A DNA stretch of 64,000 nucleotides, from positions 2,621-66,620 of the forward strand of contig JACKFI010000002.1 in the NCBI GenBank assembly GCA_020632555.1. The letters run 5' to 3'. Positions within the stretch are counted from its first letter, which is position 1. Each line of letters opens with the position of its first letter. Positions 16,929 to 26,972 of this stretch are shown here, in pieces. Source of the stretch: Candidatus Omnitrophota bacterium. GTDB taxonomy: Bacteria; Omnitrophota; Gorgyraeia; Zapsychrales; JANLHA01. The position numbers and the translations under genes were made by a program. A model generated the notes under the pieces. It had not been told where the DNA came from, searched no databases, and saw only the letters and a program-made list of their open reading frames with translations.

Positions 16929-19900
16929 CTAATGTTTCTGTAATTCAGGAATTGGCAGTTTACTGATATCAACTGTGCCCTTCTTCATCTCGTAATTCCA
17001 CTTCCAAATATAATAAATAACTGGATAAACAAGAAGTTCTAAAATAAAACTGCTAAATATTCCACCAATCATTGGAGCAGCGATGCGCTTCATCACATCC
17101 GCACCCGCGCCCATAGACCACATAATCGGAATCAAGCCCATAAACATTGCTGTCACAGTCATCAGTTTCGGACGAATACGCTTGACCGCACCATAAACAA
17201 TCGCTTCTTCAAGATCTTCTTTAGTTCGCATTTTCCCCTGACGAACGGCATCATAATAAGCTATGTCTAGGAACAAAAGCATAAAAACACCTGTTTCAGC
17301 ATCAAGTCCCATGAGCGCAATCATTCCCACCCATACCGCAATTGACATGTTGTAGTCAAGCATCCACAAAAACCAGACTGCTCCAACCAGTGAAAACGGT
17401 ACCGCTAGCATCACAATACCTGCTTTGATAGGCGAACGGGTATTCATGTAAAGAAGCATAAAGATCAAAAATATCGTGATCGGAAGAACAATGCGTAATC
17501 TCTCCTGTACGCGCAACATATTCTCAAACTGCCCGCTCCACTGAAGAGCATAACCGGTCGGAACTTTCAATTCCTTATCAACAACCTTCTTGGCCTCTTC
17601 GACAAAACTTCCGATATCACGACCAGCAATATCAACATACACATATCCCGTAAGCATACCGTTCTCATCACGGATCATAGCGGGCCCGGTTGTCAACTTA
17701 ATATCGGCCAACTGTTCAATAGGAACCTGAGCGCCAGACATGGTCGGAACCAATACCCGTCTTAACTTCGGTAAATCATCCCGCAATTCACGGGCATAGC
17801 GGACATTCACCGTATAACGCTCACGGCCTTCGACCGTTGTGGTCACAGGTTCGCCACCAATCGCTGACATGATGATCTCTTCAACCTCTTTAATAGTCAG
17901 CCCGTAACGTGCAATCTGCTCACGCTTGATATCAAAATCAATAAAATACCCGCCGGTCACGCGCTCGGCGTAAACACTACGCGCGCCTTTGATATTCTTC
18001 ACAATACTCTCAACCTGAATCCCGATTTTCTCGATCTCTCCAAGATCAGCACCATAAATTTTTATGCCAATCGGTGTGCGAATACCGGTTGAAAGCATGT
18101 CGATTCTGGCCTTGATCGGCATTGTCCAAGCATTGGAAACACCGGGAAACTTCATTTTGCTGTCAAGATCAGTAATCACATCTTCCCATGAATAGCGATC
18201 CGGCCAGATCGGACGGAAAGGTGCTTGCAAGAAACTCGGAAATTTTGAATACCAGCGCGGCTTCTGACGCCACTCATTCTCAGGCTTTAAAATAACCGTC
18301 GTCTCCATCATGGAAAAAGGTGCCGGATCAGTTGATGTCTCGGCACGACCCGCTTTACCAAAGACACGCTCAACTTCGGGGACAGTCTTGATAATCTTAT
18401 CCATTTGCTGCAATAACTTTTCTGCCTCGGTCACGGAAAGACCCGGTAAAGTCGTCGGCATATAAAGAATCGTGCCTTCGTTTAAGGGGGGCATGAACTC
18501 CGATCCCAAACGCATAAAGACTGGGATCGTCGACAAAACTAGCACACCAGCGGCTACAAGCGTCCATGTACGGAACTTAAGGACAAAGCGGCAAACCGGT
18601 TCGTAATATTTAAACAACACTTTGCTAATGGGATGATTCTCTTCTGAGTAATACTTGCCGACAAAAATACTATTTAAAACATTTGATGCCCAGCGCGGGC
18701 GAAAATTGATCGGGTCAATGCGCGTAAAGAACATCCGCATGGCCGGATTAAGAGTAAGTGCCAAAACAGCCGCAATCGCCATGGCAAAGTTCTTGCTAAA
18801 AGCCAGCGGCTTAAACAACCGACCTTCCTGATCAAGAAGCGTAAAGACCGGCAGGAACGCCACGGCGATGACCAGCAACGAGAAAAAAACGGACGGCCCC
18901 ACCTGTTTTAAGGCACGGAGTAACACGTCATGGTAATCCTCTTTTCGTCCCCCTGCATCCCACAGCTGGAGCTTCTTATATGCATTCTCGACCTCGATAA
19001 TAGCCCCATCGACAAGAACGCCGATCGATATGGCGATCCCTGCCAAAGACATGATATTTGACGTTAATCCCATCATAGCCATTGGAATAAAACTTAATAA
19101 AACAGCGATGGGGATGGTCACAATAGGAACGCTGGCTGAAGGGAAATGCCACAGAAATAAAATAATGACCAACGCCACGATGATCATTTCCTCAATCAGT
19201 TGATGCTTAAGGGTCTCAATGGCACGATGGATCAAGTCCGAACGATCATACGTCGTCACCAGCTCCACCCCGGGAGGCAATGATGACTTGATTTCCTTCA
19301 TCTTCTCCTTGACCCGACTGATGACATTCAGAGCATTTTCCCCTGAGCGCATAAGAACAATCCCGCCGACAGTATCACCTTCGCCGTCAAGATCCGCTAT
19401 GCCACGCCGTATGTCCGGGCCAAGAGAAACAGACGCAACATTCTTAACAAAAATCGGTGCGCCATTAGCATCATTCTCCAAAACAATGTTCTCGATATCT
19501 TTAACCGATTTGATATACCCGCGACCGCGTACCATATACTCGGTTCCCGAGAACTCAACCAGACGGCCACCGACGTCGTTATTGCTATTGCGGATGGCCT
19601 CGGTCACTTTCATCAATGGGATGTTGTACGCCAATAATGCATTAGGCTTAACATTGACCTGATACTGCTTCTGAAAGCCACCCACTGAAGCAACCTCAGC
19701 AACGCCCGGAACAGACTGCAACCAATAACGTAAATACCAATCCTGAAAAGAGCGCAGTTGCGCCAGATCATTCTTACCGGACTTATCGACCAATGCATAC
19801 TGATAGACCCAGCCAACGGATGTCGCATCCGGCCCAATCTCCGTCTTAACCCCTTCCGGAAGTTTCGGCAGTATTTTGCTTAAATACTCCAGCGTCCGGC

Positions 19901-20219
19901 TGCGCGCCCAATAAATATCCGTCCCATCCTTAAAAATAATGTAAACAAAAGAATACCCGAAGTCGGAAAAACCACGGATGGCCTTAACATTCGGTGCGCC
20001 AAGCATGGCCGTAATAATAGGATATGTCACTTGATCTTCAATAATGTCCGGAGAGCGATCCCAACGGGAATAAACAATGACCTGAGTATCCGAGAGATCT
20101 GGAATAGCATCCAGCGGGATATTCTTCATGCTGTACACGGCACCAAGAATCGCTACCAGAGTCAAGATCATGACAATGTATTTATTCTTTGCTGAGAACT
20201 CTATGATTTTCTCGATCAT
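16929..20219 (-). CDS. cusA: Heavy-metal efflux RND pump, CusA family
   Basis: 1096 aa with 12-TM RND architecture. It sits next to a CusB-like adaptor that has a metal-binding insert. Confidence 0.9.
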   Translation of the reverse strand: MIEKIIEFSAKNKYIVMILTLVAILGAVYSMKNIPLDAIPDLSDTQVIVYSRWDRSPDIIEDQVTYPIITAMLGAPNVKAIRGFSDFGYSFVYIIFKDGTDIYWARSRTLEYLSKILPKLPEGVKTEIGPDATSVGWVYQYALVDKSGKNDLAQLRSFQDWYLRYWLQSVPGVAEVASVGGFQKQYQVNVKPNALLAYNIPLMKVTEAIRNSNNDVGGRLVEFSGTEYMVRGRGYIKSVKDIENIVLENDANGAPIFVKNVASVSLGPDIRRGIADLDGEGDTVGGIVLMRSGENALNVISRVKEKMKEIKSSLPPGVELVTTYDRSDLIHRAIETLKHQLIEEMIIVALVIILFLWHFPSASVPIVTIPIAVLLSFIPMAMMGLTSNIMSLAGIAISIGVLVDGAIIEVENAYKKLQLWDAGGRKEDYHDVLLRALKQVGPSVFFSLLVIAVAFLPVFTLLDQEGRLFKPLAFSKNFAMAIAAVLALTLNPAMRMFFTRIDPINFRPRWASNVLNSIFVGKYYSEENHPISKVLFKYYEPVCRFVLKFRTWTLVAAGVLVLSTIPVFMRLGSEFMPPLNEGTILYMPTTLPGLSVTEAEKLLQQMDKIIKTVPEVERVFGKAGRAETSTDPAPFSMMETTVILKPENEWRQKPRWYSKFPSFLQAPFRPIWPDRYSWEDVITDLDSKMKFPGVSNAWTMPIKARIDMLSTGIRTPIGIKIYGADLGEIEKIGIQVESIVKNIKGARSVYAERVTGGYFIDFDIKREQIARYGLTIKEVEEIIMSAIGGEPVTTTVEGRERYTVNVRYARELRDDLPKLRRVLVPTMSGAQVPIEQLADIKLTTGPAMIRDENGMLTGYVYVDIAGRDIGSFVEEAKKVVDKELKVPTGYALQWSGQFENMLRVQERLRIVLPITIFLIFMLLYMNTRSPIKAGIVMLAVPFSLVGAVWFLWMLDYNMSIAVWVGMIALMGLDAETGVFMLLFLDIAYYDAVRQGKMRTKEDLEEAIVYGAVKRIRPKLMTVTAMFMGLIPIMWSMGAGADVMKRIAAPMIGGIFSSFILELLVYPVIYYIWKWNYEMKKGTVDISKLPIPELQKH

Positions 20220-20252
20220 ATCCCTTATCTCCGGTGTAAAAACTTGTACGAA

Positions 20253-21407
20253 TTACATTGCGCCTTTAAGCTTGCTTTCCGCATCGATCAAGAAGTTGCC
20301 GCTCGCAACGACCTCTTCGCCTTCGTTAAGACCGCTTATAATCTCATAAAATTCGCCAGCCTTTGGCCCAAGTGTCACTTCCCGCATTGCAAACCTGTTA
20401 TCTTTAACCACATAAACGATCTTCCGCGTCCCTGAATCCATTACGGCCTCTTCTGGAATCGCCAGCTTCTCTCCCAAATCTATCGAGATCTTTGCATTAA
20501 CAAACATTTCCGGCTTTAATTTACCGGCCTTATCCTCAACTTCAGCCCGTACACGGACAGTACGGCTTTCGGCATTAAGGATCGGCGTTAATGCTGTAAC
20601 CTTCCCTTTATAAACCTCCCCGGGAAACGCTACTGCATCAATAAGAACTTCCTGACCCTCTTTAACAAGTCCCAATTCATATTCATAAACTGTTATATAA
20701 ATCCACGCCTTACCGGAATTGCCCGGAAAATATAGATTGTCCTGCGCCGCACCGCTATTCCTAAGCGCTTCGATTTCGAACTTACTCATGCCCAACAAAA
20801 GAAGTTTTCTTTCAGCCGACACCAGTAATCCGACGGACTGTTCCCGAATAGACGAAAGCGAGCTATTTTCGGTTGCCGCAGCAGTCTTAACGGCCTGAAT
20901 ATATTCCTCCTGTGCTACATATAGATCAGGATCATAGGCAACCTTGCCGACGGTAGAAATCTCGACTGCAAGCGAGCGCTTCATCACGACATCCTTTCTT
21001 ACCCCGATCATCTGTTGTTTGCTTGTATTAATGGGAACCCCCTGCGGAGCACCCTTTTTCTCCTCATAAACCGGAACATATTCCATGCCCATCGAGTCCT
21101 TTGTAGGAACCGGCGATGTCACTGATGGATTCATGGGATTGCGATAAAAAAGAATCTTGTGCTCCTTGGTTTCTGAAGCTACAGGTAACTCCTCTTGTGC
21201 TTCTTCCTTTTTAACAAGATCCATCCCACAAATAGGGCAAGATCCTTTTCGATCCGAAGTAATTTGCGGGTGCATCGGGCATATATACACCGCCTTGCCT
21301 GAATGCTGATGAGATTTTTCTGCCCCATAACCCTGCGACATGAAGACCCCCGAAGTGAAACCTGCGATCAACAATACTACCAACATAAATAATATTTTTA
21401 TACTCAT
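20253..21407 (-). CDS. cusB: RND periplasmic adaptor, CusB-like, with an N-terminal metal-binding module
   Basis: 384 aa. YICPMHPQITSDRKGSCPICGMDL module, then membrane-fusion-protein barrel-sandwich and beta-barrel regions. Confidence 0.85.
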   Translation of the reverse strand: MSIKILFMLVVLLIAGFTSGVFMSQGYGAEKSHQHSGKAVYICPMHPQITSDRKGSCPICGMDLVKKEEAQEELPVASETKEHKILFYRNPMNPSVTSPVPTKDSMGMEYVPVYEEKKGAPQGVPINTSKQQMIGVRKDVVMKRSLAVEISTVGKVAYDPDLYVAQEEYIQAVKTAAATENSSLSSIREQSVGLLVSAERKLLLLGMSKFEIEALRNSGAAQDNLYFPGNSGKAWIYITVYEYELGLVKEGQEVLIDAVAFPGEVYKGKVTALTPILNAESRTVRVRAEVEDKAGKLKPEMFVNAKISIDLGEKLAIPEEAVMDSGTRKIVYVVKDNRFAMREVTLGPKAGEFYEIISGLNEGEEVVASGNFLIDAESKLKGAM

Positions 21408-21418
21408 AACCTCTCCTG

Positions 21419-22708
21419 TTATATGTCCGCCAACTCAATACCACAGCACTGAAGAAGATCCGCAAGGGCTATCTGCGCCTCCGCAACTGATTCAAAATAT
21501 TCCATCTGCAGATCCCTAAGCATCCGTACAGCGTCTAATAATTCAAGAAAACTCAACTGACCTGCCTCATACGCACGACGAGCTGTCATAACTGCAGATG
21601 TCGCCTGTGGAAGAACGCCGGTCTCATATATCGCAATCAAACTTCGAGCTGATGAATATTTTGCATAAGAACTCCTGACCTCAGAAACAGTCACATTTTC
21701 AGCCTGTGCATAATCCGCCTTGGCTGCTTCGAGATTTGCTCTGGCCTCCCTTATCACGGGAAGTTGCTTGCCCCAAAACCATATCGGAACATTAATACCG
21801 ATCATGCCGCTCCCCTCACCATCCCGATACGATCCATCTTTCTCTTCCCTCTTATATTTCAAAGTAACATCCGGAAGCAATTCCTGTTTACTCAAGGAAC
21901 TCTCAACTTCGGCTTTCGCAAGTATTGCCCTCACCGCTCTTAACTCGGGACGATGCTTCTTAGCAAGAGCAACCGCATCCTCCTCACTCAATAGAAGATC
22001 CTCGGCAGGATCAGCGTCAATGATATCGAGAGGAACACTATCACTTCGGCCCAGCACTGCCTTCAAAAGATTTTCCGCAATCTTCGCTTCTTGCTCGTAA
22101 AGAATGACCATATTTGATAACTTGGAATACTCGACCTGAGCGCGCAAAACATCTTGCTGGCCAGCCTTATTAGCCGCATATTTCTTGTTGGTCACTTCAG
22201 CGAATTGCCGCATCAAACTCAAGGAATCTTTAATAAACAGAGTTTTTTGACGATTCAAAAATAGCCGAAAATATGCCTCTTTAACATCTTTCCTGACAGA
22301 TTGCTCGACCTGCTTGTACTCTTGCTCCAATACATTAGACTCTTTTTGAGCAGACTTCTTGCGCATGAAAATCTTAGTCGGAAAAGGCACTTCCTGCGAT
22401 ACCGCCAGTGACTTCATAGGACGGACTTTACCCCCATCCGTCATAGATGCTGCAGGGGTAATTTTGTCATATTCATACTCAACCGTCGGATCAGGAATAC
22501 TACGAAAAAGTGCAACGCGAGATTTAGCCGCCTCAAGACGATATTGAGCGGCCTTTAACCGGGGATTGTTATTCAACGCCTCTTCAATTAATGAATTTAG
22601 TGACGCCTTAAATTCAGCCGCTTGCGAAACTGAGATATCCGACGTGAAGATTGGTGTAAGCAGAAATATAAAGATAATAAAAACTACAAAATTATGCTTC
22701 ATACGCAT
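21419..22708 (-). CDS. cusC: TolC-family outer-membrane factor, CusC-like
   Basis: 429 aa with a signal peptide and two OEP repeats (long coiled alpha-helices). First gene of the CBA triplet. Confidence 0.85.
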   Translation of the reverse strand: MRMKHNFVVFIIFIFLLTPIFTSDISVSQAAEFKASLNSLIEEALNNNPRLKAAQYRLEAAKSRVALFRSIPDPTVEYEYDKITPAASMTDGGKVRPMKSLAVSQEVPFPTKIFMRKKSAQKESNVLEQEYKQVEQSVRKDVKEAYFRLFLNRQKTLFIKDSLSLMRQFAEVTNKKYAANKAGQQDVLRAQVEYSKLSNMVILYEQEAKIAENLLKAVLGRSDSVPLDIIDADPAEDLLLSEEDAVALAKKHRPELRAVRAILAKAEVESSLSKQELLPDVTLKYKREEKDGSYRDGEGSGMIGINVPIWFWGKQLPVIREARANLEAAKADYAQAENVTVSEVRSSYAKYSSARSLIAIYETGVLPQATSAVMTARRAYEAGQLSFLELLDAVRMLRDLQMEYFESVAEAQIALADLLQCCGIELADI

Positions 22709-22783
22709 CCATTCTTCTAACTTAAAATAAAGCCCTCAAATTAATAGCCCTACATTCAATAGGGCCATTAACTACTTTAAGAA

Positions 22784-23596
22784 TTATTTCTTACAACTAC
22801 ATTTTTTATGTGCTTCTTTACAGAGCCCACATGTTGCATTACTTCGAGCCTTTTGAAGCATTTGGCTGTGCTGATCGCACTGACAAATCGCTTCATCAAT
22901 CGCAGATTTTTGATCTTCGGGAGACTTCTCTCTAATATTGTTAAGGATATCTTTTTGGTAGGCATTCAAATATTGCAACTTGGCTAAGTAAATTTCTTGT
23001 TGTTTGGTAGGAAGATTGGCAACAAGATTAATAGATGCATCTGCTTCTTTTAACATAGCCTTCATTGTTTCCAAATCTATTTGCCCGTCTTTATTAAACT
23101 TATTTACTAGCTCTTTCGAACGAGTTTCAGAGAATACAATTTTTAGTTCAACCTGCCCTTCGGGATTAATTGCTAAGAAATATTTTACTTTTTCTGTAAT
23201 AAGTTTAACCAAATACAAAGGATCTCCCGGGACACTGCTAGCAGAAACATTGGCTGTCCCCCATACAACAAACAGGATAACTAATGTTAAAGCAACGCCA
23301 CGCGCCCACGACACCGAAGGAAAGAAAAATAACTTTTGAAGTCTAGCCCCGAATGAATGTTCTTTCTGTTGCTGTATCGCCTCTCCGACTTTAATTAAAC
23401 ATGAAACCATGGCTTTATCAGACGCCTCGACTGGTGAAGAACGATGCATGCTTTCTGCTACCGAAAGAAGTTCTCTTAACTCGCTGGCATGATTGGGGTA
23501 CTGGCGAAGAATTTCCTCAATAGGCATGCCATTGAGCATTTTCTCATAACATTCATCAAATATATCTTCTATCGGTCGTTTGTCCATATTGCGCAT
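22784..23596 (-). CDS. Putative single-pass anti-sigma factor with a Cys-rich C-terminus
   Basis: 270 aa. Cytoplasmic N-terminal helical domain, one TM segment (GVALTLVILFVVWG), an extracytoplasmic helical domain, and a terminus reading CQCDQH...CGLCKEAHKKCSCKK. It lies downstream of an ECF sigma gene. Confidence 0.45.
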   Translation of the reverse strand: MRNMDKRPIEDIFDECYEKMLNGMPIEEILRQYPNHASELRELLSVAESMHRSSPVEASDKAMVSCLIKVGEAIQQQKEHSFGARLQKLFFFPSVSWARGVALTLVILFVVWGTANVSASSVPGDPLYLVKLITEKVKYFLAINPEGQVELKIVFSETRSKELVNKFNKDGQIDLETMKAMLKEADASINLVANLPTKQQEIYLAKLQYLNAYQKDILNNIREKSPEDQKSAIDEAICQCDQHSQMLQKARSNATCGLCKEAHKKCSCKK

Positions 23597-23771
23597 CCTA
23601 TTCCAAATTTAAACTCTGTGCATTCCTCATTATTAAGACGTTCCCGTTGTTTTAAAGTTACTTTAAATTATACATACTGTTACCAACTTACAGAATGGCA
23701 GACTAGAAATCACCTGCCATTTTCATCATTAAAACATAAACGTTGTTCCGTTTATACGGCATACTTAAATA

Positions 23772-24059
23772 TTAATTTAACTTTTCTAGATTGGTTACAT
23801 TGCTCCCGTTTTGTAAAACGTTAACTCGGACATAATCGCCCACTTTTATGGATTTGATGATTCTCGGGTTAACAAGCACAAGTTTGTCCTTTACCACTGT
23901 TTTCTCTCTGATTGTAACCTTATTGCCTTCAATTGAGACAATATCTCCCTTTATGACCTTAGAGGTGGCAATCCCTCTTAAAATTTCCTGAGAAGGCCCA
24001 GCATATGCCAAGCTGGTGAATCCAATACTGAAAAATAATACTGCTATCCAAATTTTCAT
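23772..24059 (-). CDS. Small secreted protein, CusF-like OB-fold paralog 3
   Basis: Signal peptide, then ...IKGDIVSIEGNKVTIREK...IKSIKVGDYVRVNV. It is paralogous to the two upstream ORFs. The fold call is inferred from pattern only. Confidence 0.5.
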   Translation of the reverse strand: MKIWIAVLFFSIGFTSLAYAGPSQEILRGIATSKVIKGDIVSIEGNKVTIREKTVVKDKLVLVNPRIIKSIKVGDYVRVNVLQNGSNVTNLEKLN

Positions 24060-24094
24060 ACAAATCATCCCCTTTCAAATCATATTCGTTCTTT

Positions 24095-24124
24095 AAGGAA
24101 GGCGGGTATTAAACCGCCTTCCTT
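24095..24124. other. Intercistronic 11-bp perfect hairpin
   Basis: AAGGAAGGCGG-8 nt-CCGCCTTCCTT, lying between paralogs 2 and 3. The T-tract is on the plus-strand side only. Confidence 0.5.
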
Positions 24125-24136
24125 CTATTTTTAAAT

Positions 24137-24430
24137 TTATTTCTTAATTACATCCATGATCACGCACATAGCACCCTGCATGTTGAATTTGATTTGATCC
24201 CCAACCTGCAACTTAGATTGAGTATCCTGATCGACATGAATGTGGATTTCTTTACCATCATCATTGTCCTTGACAATTAAGGCGCCTTGATCGGGCAGCA
24301 ATTTAATAACCACCCCTTCATATGTCCAATACGAAACTCCTGCGCTCTTATACGGTTTTCCTGCAAAACTTGTTGTTGCAAACCCAAATAACATTAGAAT
24401 AGCAACTGCAATAATTATTTTATTTTTCAT
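24137..24430 (-). CDS. Small secreted protein, CusF-like OB-fold paralog 2
   Basis: Signal peptide, then YEGVVIKLLPDQGALIVKDNDDGKEIHIHVDQDTQSKLQVGDQIKFNMQG. Compare E. coli CusF: ATGVVKGIDLESKKITIHH...MRFTI...SEIKTGDKVAFNFVQQG. The Met/His/Trp metal ligands are absent. Confidence 0.5.
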   Translation of the reverse strand: MKNKIIIAVAILMLFGFATTSFAGKPYKSAGVSYWTYEGVVIKLLPDQGALIVKDNDDGKEIHIHVDQDTQSKLQVGDQIKFNMQGAMCVIMDVIKK

Positions 24431-24532
24431 TTCAAATATCTCCATTTTGTTAAACAATTCGTTAATTAAATTGTCTCCACTATTTTATTCATGCCTATTC
24501 CTGCTTACGAAGTTCTTAAGACTTTCCAAAGA

Positions 24533-24817
24533 CTATCTCTGAACAACCGGCATCCCTCCACCGAAGGCAACTGCAGTAACAGTTTGCCCTACTTGTAATG
24601 AGCCAATCAGAGCCGAATCTACTACCACGGTTTCATAATTAGGGATGTCTTTATCCTTTATCAAAGCTAACCCTCTTGAGAGATTAACGGATTGTACAGT
24701 TCCATTAATTGTTCTTACCTTAACGCCCCCAATCTTATTGGTAGTTTCGGCAAAACTTAACGAACTGAACGAGAGAATACTTAACCCAAGAACCAGAAAC
24801 ATAACTTGTTTTTTCAT
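24533..24817 (-). CDS. Small secreted protein, CusF-like OB-fold paralog 1
   Basis: Signal peptide, then INGTVQSVNLSRGLALIKDKD...SLQVGQTVTAVAF. Confidence 0.5.
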   Translation of the reverse strand: MKKQVMFLVLGLSILSFSSLSFAETTNKIGGVKVRTINGTVQSVNLSRGLALIKDKDIPNYETVVVDSALIGSLQVGQTVTAVAFGGGMPVVQR

Positions 24818-24912
24818 AGCGTCCTCGCTTTGTTAGTTGACTCCCCCATTGGAATCAACATGCTGTTTTCATTAACACAGACGCACAAAGACAGAAAAAG
24901 TTACGCTGTTTT

Positions 24913-25464
24913 TTATTCCTTAAATTCCTTTTTTAGATGTCCCTTAAGCCCTCCAACAGCTCGAAACTGTAAAACCTTCACAGCTCCAACCGATCTTTGC
25001 ATAATTTGAGCCGTTTCCTCTAAAGAATAACCGCTTAAAAATCTCAACGAGATTACCTCCTGCTGCTCATCAGTCAAAACCGTAAGCATATGTTTTATCT
25101 CATCCATTGAAAGTCCTTTTCTATGATCTTCCGCGGATACTGCAATGCTGTCATTCTCCATCTCATCCAAAGAGGATGACTTCTGCCGATCCATTCTTCG
25201 GTAATAATCAATAAGTAGATTGCGTGCTATCTTAAACAACCACGCCGGGAAATTACCCGTCTGATTTTTAATTGAGCCCACCATTCGCACAAATACCTCA
25301 TTGGTTAAATCCTCCGCATCTTCCCGGTTGCGTGTCCGATAAGACAGAAACCTCAACACCGACGGATAGTATTCTTTAACCAGTCGACCAATGGAACCTT
25401 CATCCATTTGACGGGCCTGTTCTAACTCCAAAACCGAAGTATCAAACTCCCTAGGTTCTTCCAT
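24913..25464 (-). CDS. ECF-type RNA polymerase sigma-70 family factor
   Basis: 183 aa. Region 2 reads EDAEDLTNEVFVRM...WLFKIARNLLIDYYR. Region 4 reads LTDEQQEVISLRFLSGYSLEETAQIMQRSVGAVKVLQFRAV. Confidence 0.88.
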   Translation of the reverse strand: MEEPREFDTSVLELEQARQMDEGSIGRLVKEYYPSVLRFLSYRTRNREDAEDLTNEVFVRMVGSIKNQTGNFPAWLFKIARNLLIDYYRRMDRQKSSSLDEMENDSIAVSAEDHRKGLSMDEIKHMLTVLTDEQQEVISLRFLSGYSLEETAQIMQRSVGAVKVLQFRAVGGLKGHLKKEFKE

Positions 25465-25485
25465 AAATCAAATCGCCTTTCTTAA

Positions 25486-25917
25486 TTATTGGTTGACCCC
25501 AGCTCCATATTCATAGACCATCCTTCCGCCTTGATGTGAAGTCAAACCTAATAAACCAGAAATTATGATTAACAAAATTAAAAACATAATCGAAAAATTT
25601 TCTTTATTACGCATAAACCAAAGAAAAGGCAGTGATATCCATGATATCCCCACCGTCCAAAATGCAGCCAGCCTATGGAAATTTAAAACCGGATGGCGCA
25701 AATGCAACCGGTTTACTTCCAGTAAACCTGAAAGGATGACAATGGGCATAGATAAAACTGCCAATATAAACATGAGCCATGCGCATTTGCACCAGGGATC
25801 TTTCTTAAAAAATACCCCCAGTGCTTGCATTCCCATAGCGCTGACCATCAGCGCTATGGGAAAATGCACGAGTTTAGGGTGTATCGGATACAACATTTGT
25901 ATAAATGTATTTTCCAT
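25486..25917 (-). CDS. DUF2231-like membrane protein
   Basis: Four TM segments. The N-terminal HPKLVHFPIALM motif is typical of this family. Confidence 0.5.
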   Translation of the reverse strand: MENTFIQMLYPIHPKLVHFPIALMVSAMGMQALGVFFKKDPWCKCAWLMFILAVLSMPIVILSGLLEVNRLHLRHPVLNFHRLAAFWTVGISWISLPFLWFMRNKENFSIMFLILLIIISGLLGLTSHQGGRMVYEYGAGVNQ

Positions 25918-25931
25918 ATATCACCCTTATC

Positions 25932-26300
25932 TTATTTGGCTTCTTTAACTTCTTTTTCGGCAATGGCACTATATTTTTCAGGATTTTTCTTAAAATCCTT
26001 CACGCACATTGGACAGCAAAGGTTATAGATCTTTCCGTTATATTCGTATTTAACAGCTTCACCCATCTCGCCCTTTTCCCCGGGAGCAGGGATTTTCTCA
26101 CCGCTGACAGGACAAATTTTATTACCAACTTCAACTGATTTGGTCGATGTTTGATTCATCTGGCCTTGAGCCATATCGCTATCCTTCATCATAGTTCCAT
26201 CAGGCATTTGATGTTCCTGACCTTCATTAGCCAAGACATAATTGGAATAAGATAAGGACAAAACGACTGCTAAACTTAAAGCGATTAATTTCGATTTCAT
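25932..26300 (-). CDS. Secreted YHS-domain protein
   Basis: Signal peptide, an M/Q-rich linker, then NKICPVSGEKI...YNGKIYNLCCPMCVKDFKKNPEKY. Confidence 0.6.
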   Translation of the reverse strand: MKSKLIALSLAVVLSLSYSNYVLANEGQEHQMPDGTMMKDSDMAQGQMNQTSTKSVEVGNKICPVSGEKIPAPGEKGEMGEAVKYEYNGKIYNLCCPMCVKDFKKNPEKYSAIAEKEVKEAK

Positions 26301-26419
26301 GTTTTTCTCCTATGATAAACACTGTTATTAAAGTTGAAAGACAGAGGGGCTTACCCTTGGATCTTTAAGACCAAAGAAACACTTCTGGCCTTTGGCTCCA
26401 AGGTCAGTTTTAATTTCGA

Positions 26420-26848
26420 TTAAAGACGGAGATTATGAAGTTTTAGGTAAATGGGTGGCGTGTTGTGATCTAAATGATCTTGCCCAGGCGGGCCCTGCGA
26501 TTGATTCGATAATGATACGAGAAAAACAATGTTTTCGGCATGTAAATTAACCAACAAATCTTTGGTTAATATTTTACTAAAAGAGGAATTAAGAACTGTA
26601 TCCGCGGGTTGGTTGGGAAGAAAACTTAAATGTTTGGGGCAGGTACATTCATGGTCTCCGTCGGAGTGCTGATGCTCAGAATGATCGGTTTTTTCTACCT
26701 CATGGGCATCATGATGTTGTTCTGTATCAACGGTTCCATGCGCTTCATCGGCATGGACTTGATCATCCACGCAACAACATAAAGTGATTACAAATAGAAG
26801 AGGGATTAGCAGTAATCCACCGATTGTCTTTTTATGCAACCTTTTCAT
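26420..26848 (-). CDS. Membrane-anchored His/Cys-rich small protein (142 aa)
   Basis: Start set at MKRLHKKTIGG. One TM segment ending LCCCVDD, then an H/D/E-rich tract (HADEAHG..EQHHDAHEVEKTDHSEHQHSDGDHECTCPKH). The C-terminus reads ...TPPIYLKLHNLRL. Confidence 0.5.
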   Translation of the reverse strand: MKRLHKKTIGGLLLIPLLFVITLCCCVDDQVHADEAHGTVDTEQHHDAHEVEKTDHSEHQHSDGDHECTCPKHLSFLPNQPADTVLNSSFSKILTKDLLVNLHAENIVFLVSLSNQSQGPPGQDHLDHNTPPIYLKLHNLRL

Positions 26849-26972
26849 TATTGATAGTTTCGCACTTAAAAGTTTTTTGGTCAAGTAAATGTTTGATATT
26901 CCCGGGACTGCAATAACTTTGCTTTTGGGACACACCTCTGCTGCTGACCTTGCCCCTTCCGCAAAATTATGA

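Noticed and set aside
21211-21465. Same-strand alternative-frame ORFs: 21211..21465, 41669..42007, 39338..39583, 27821..28096, 57552..57734, 58703..58885 and 59741..59953.
   Set aside because: They are fully nested in, or overlap, strongly supported CDSs in another frame, and they have no motifs of their own.
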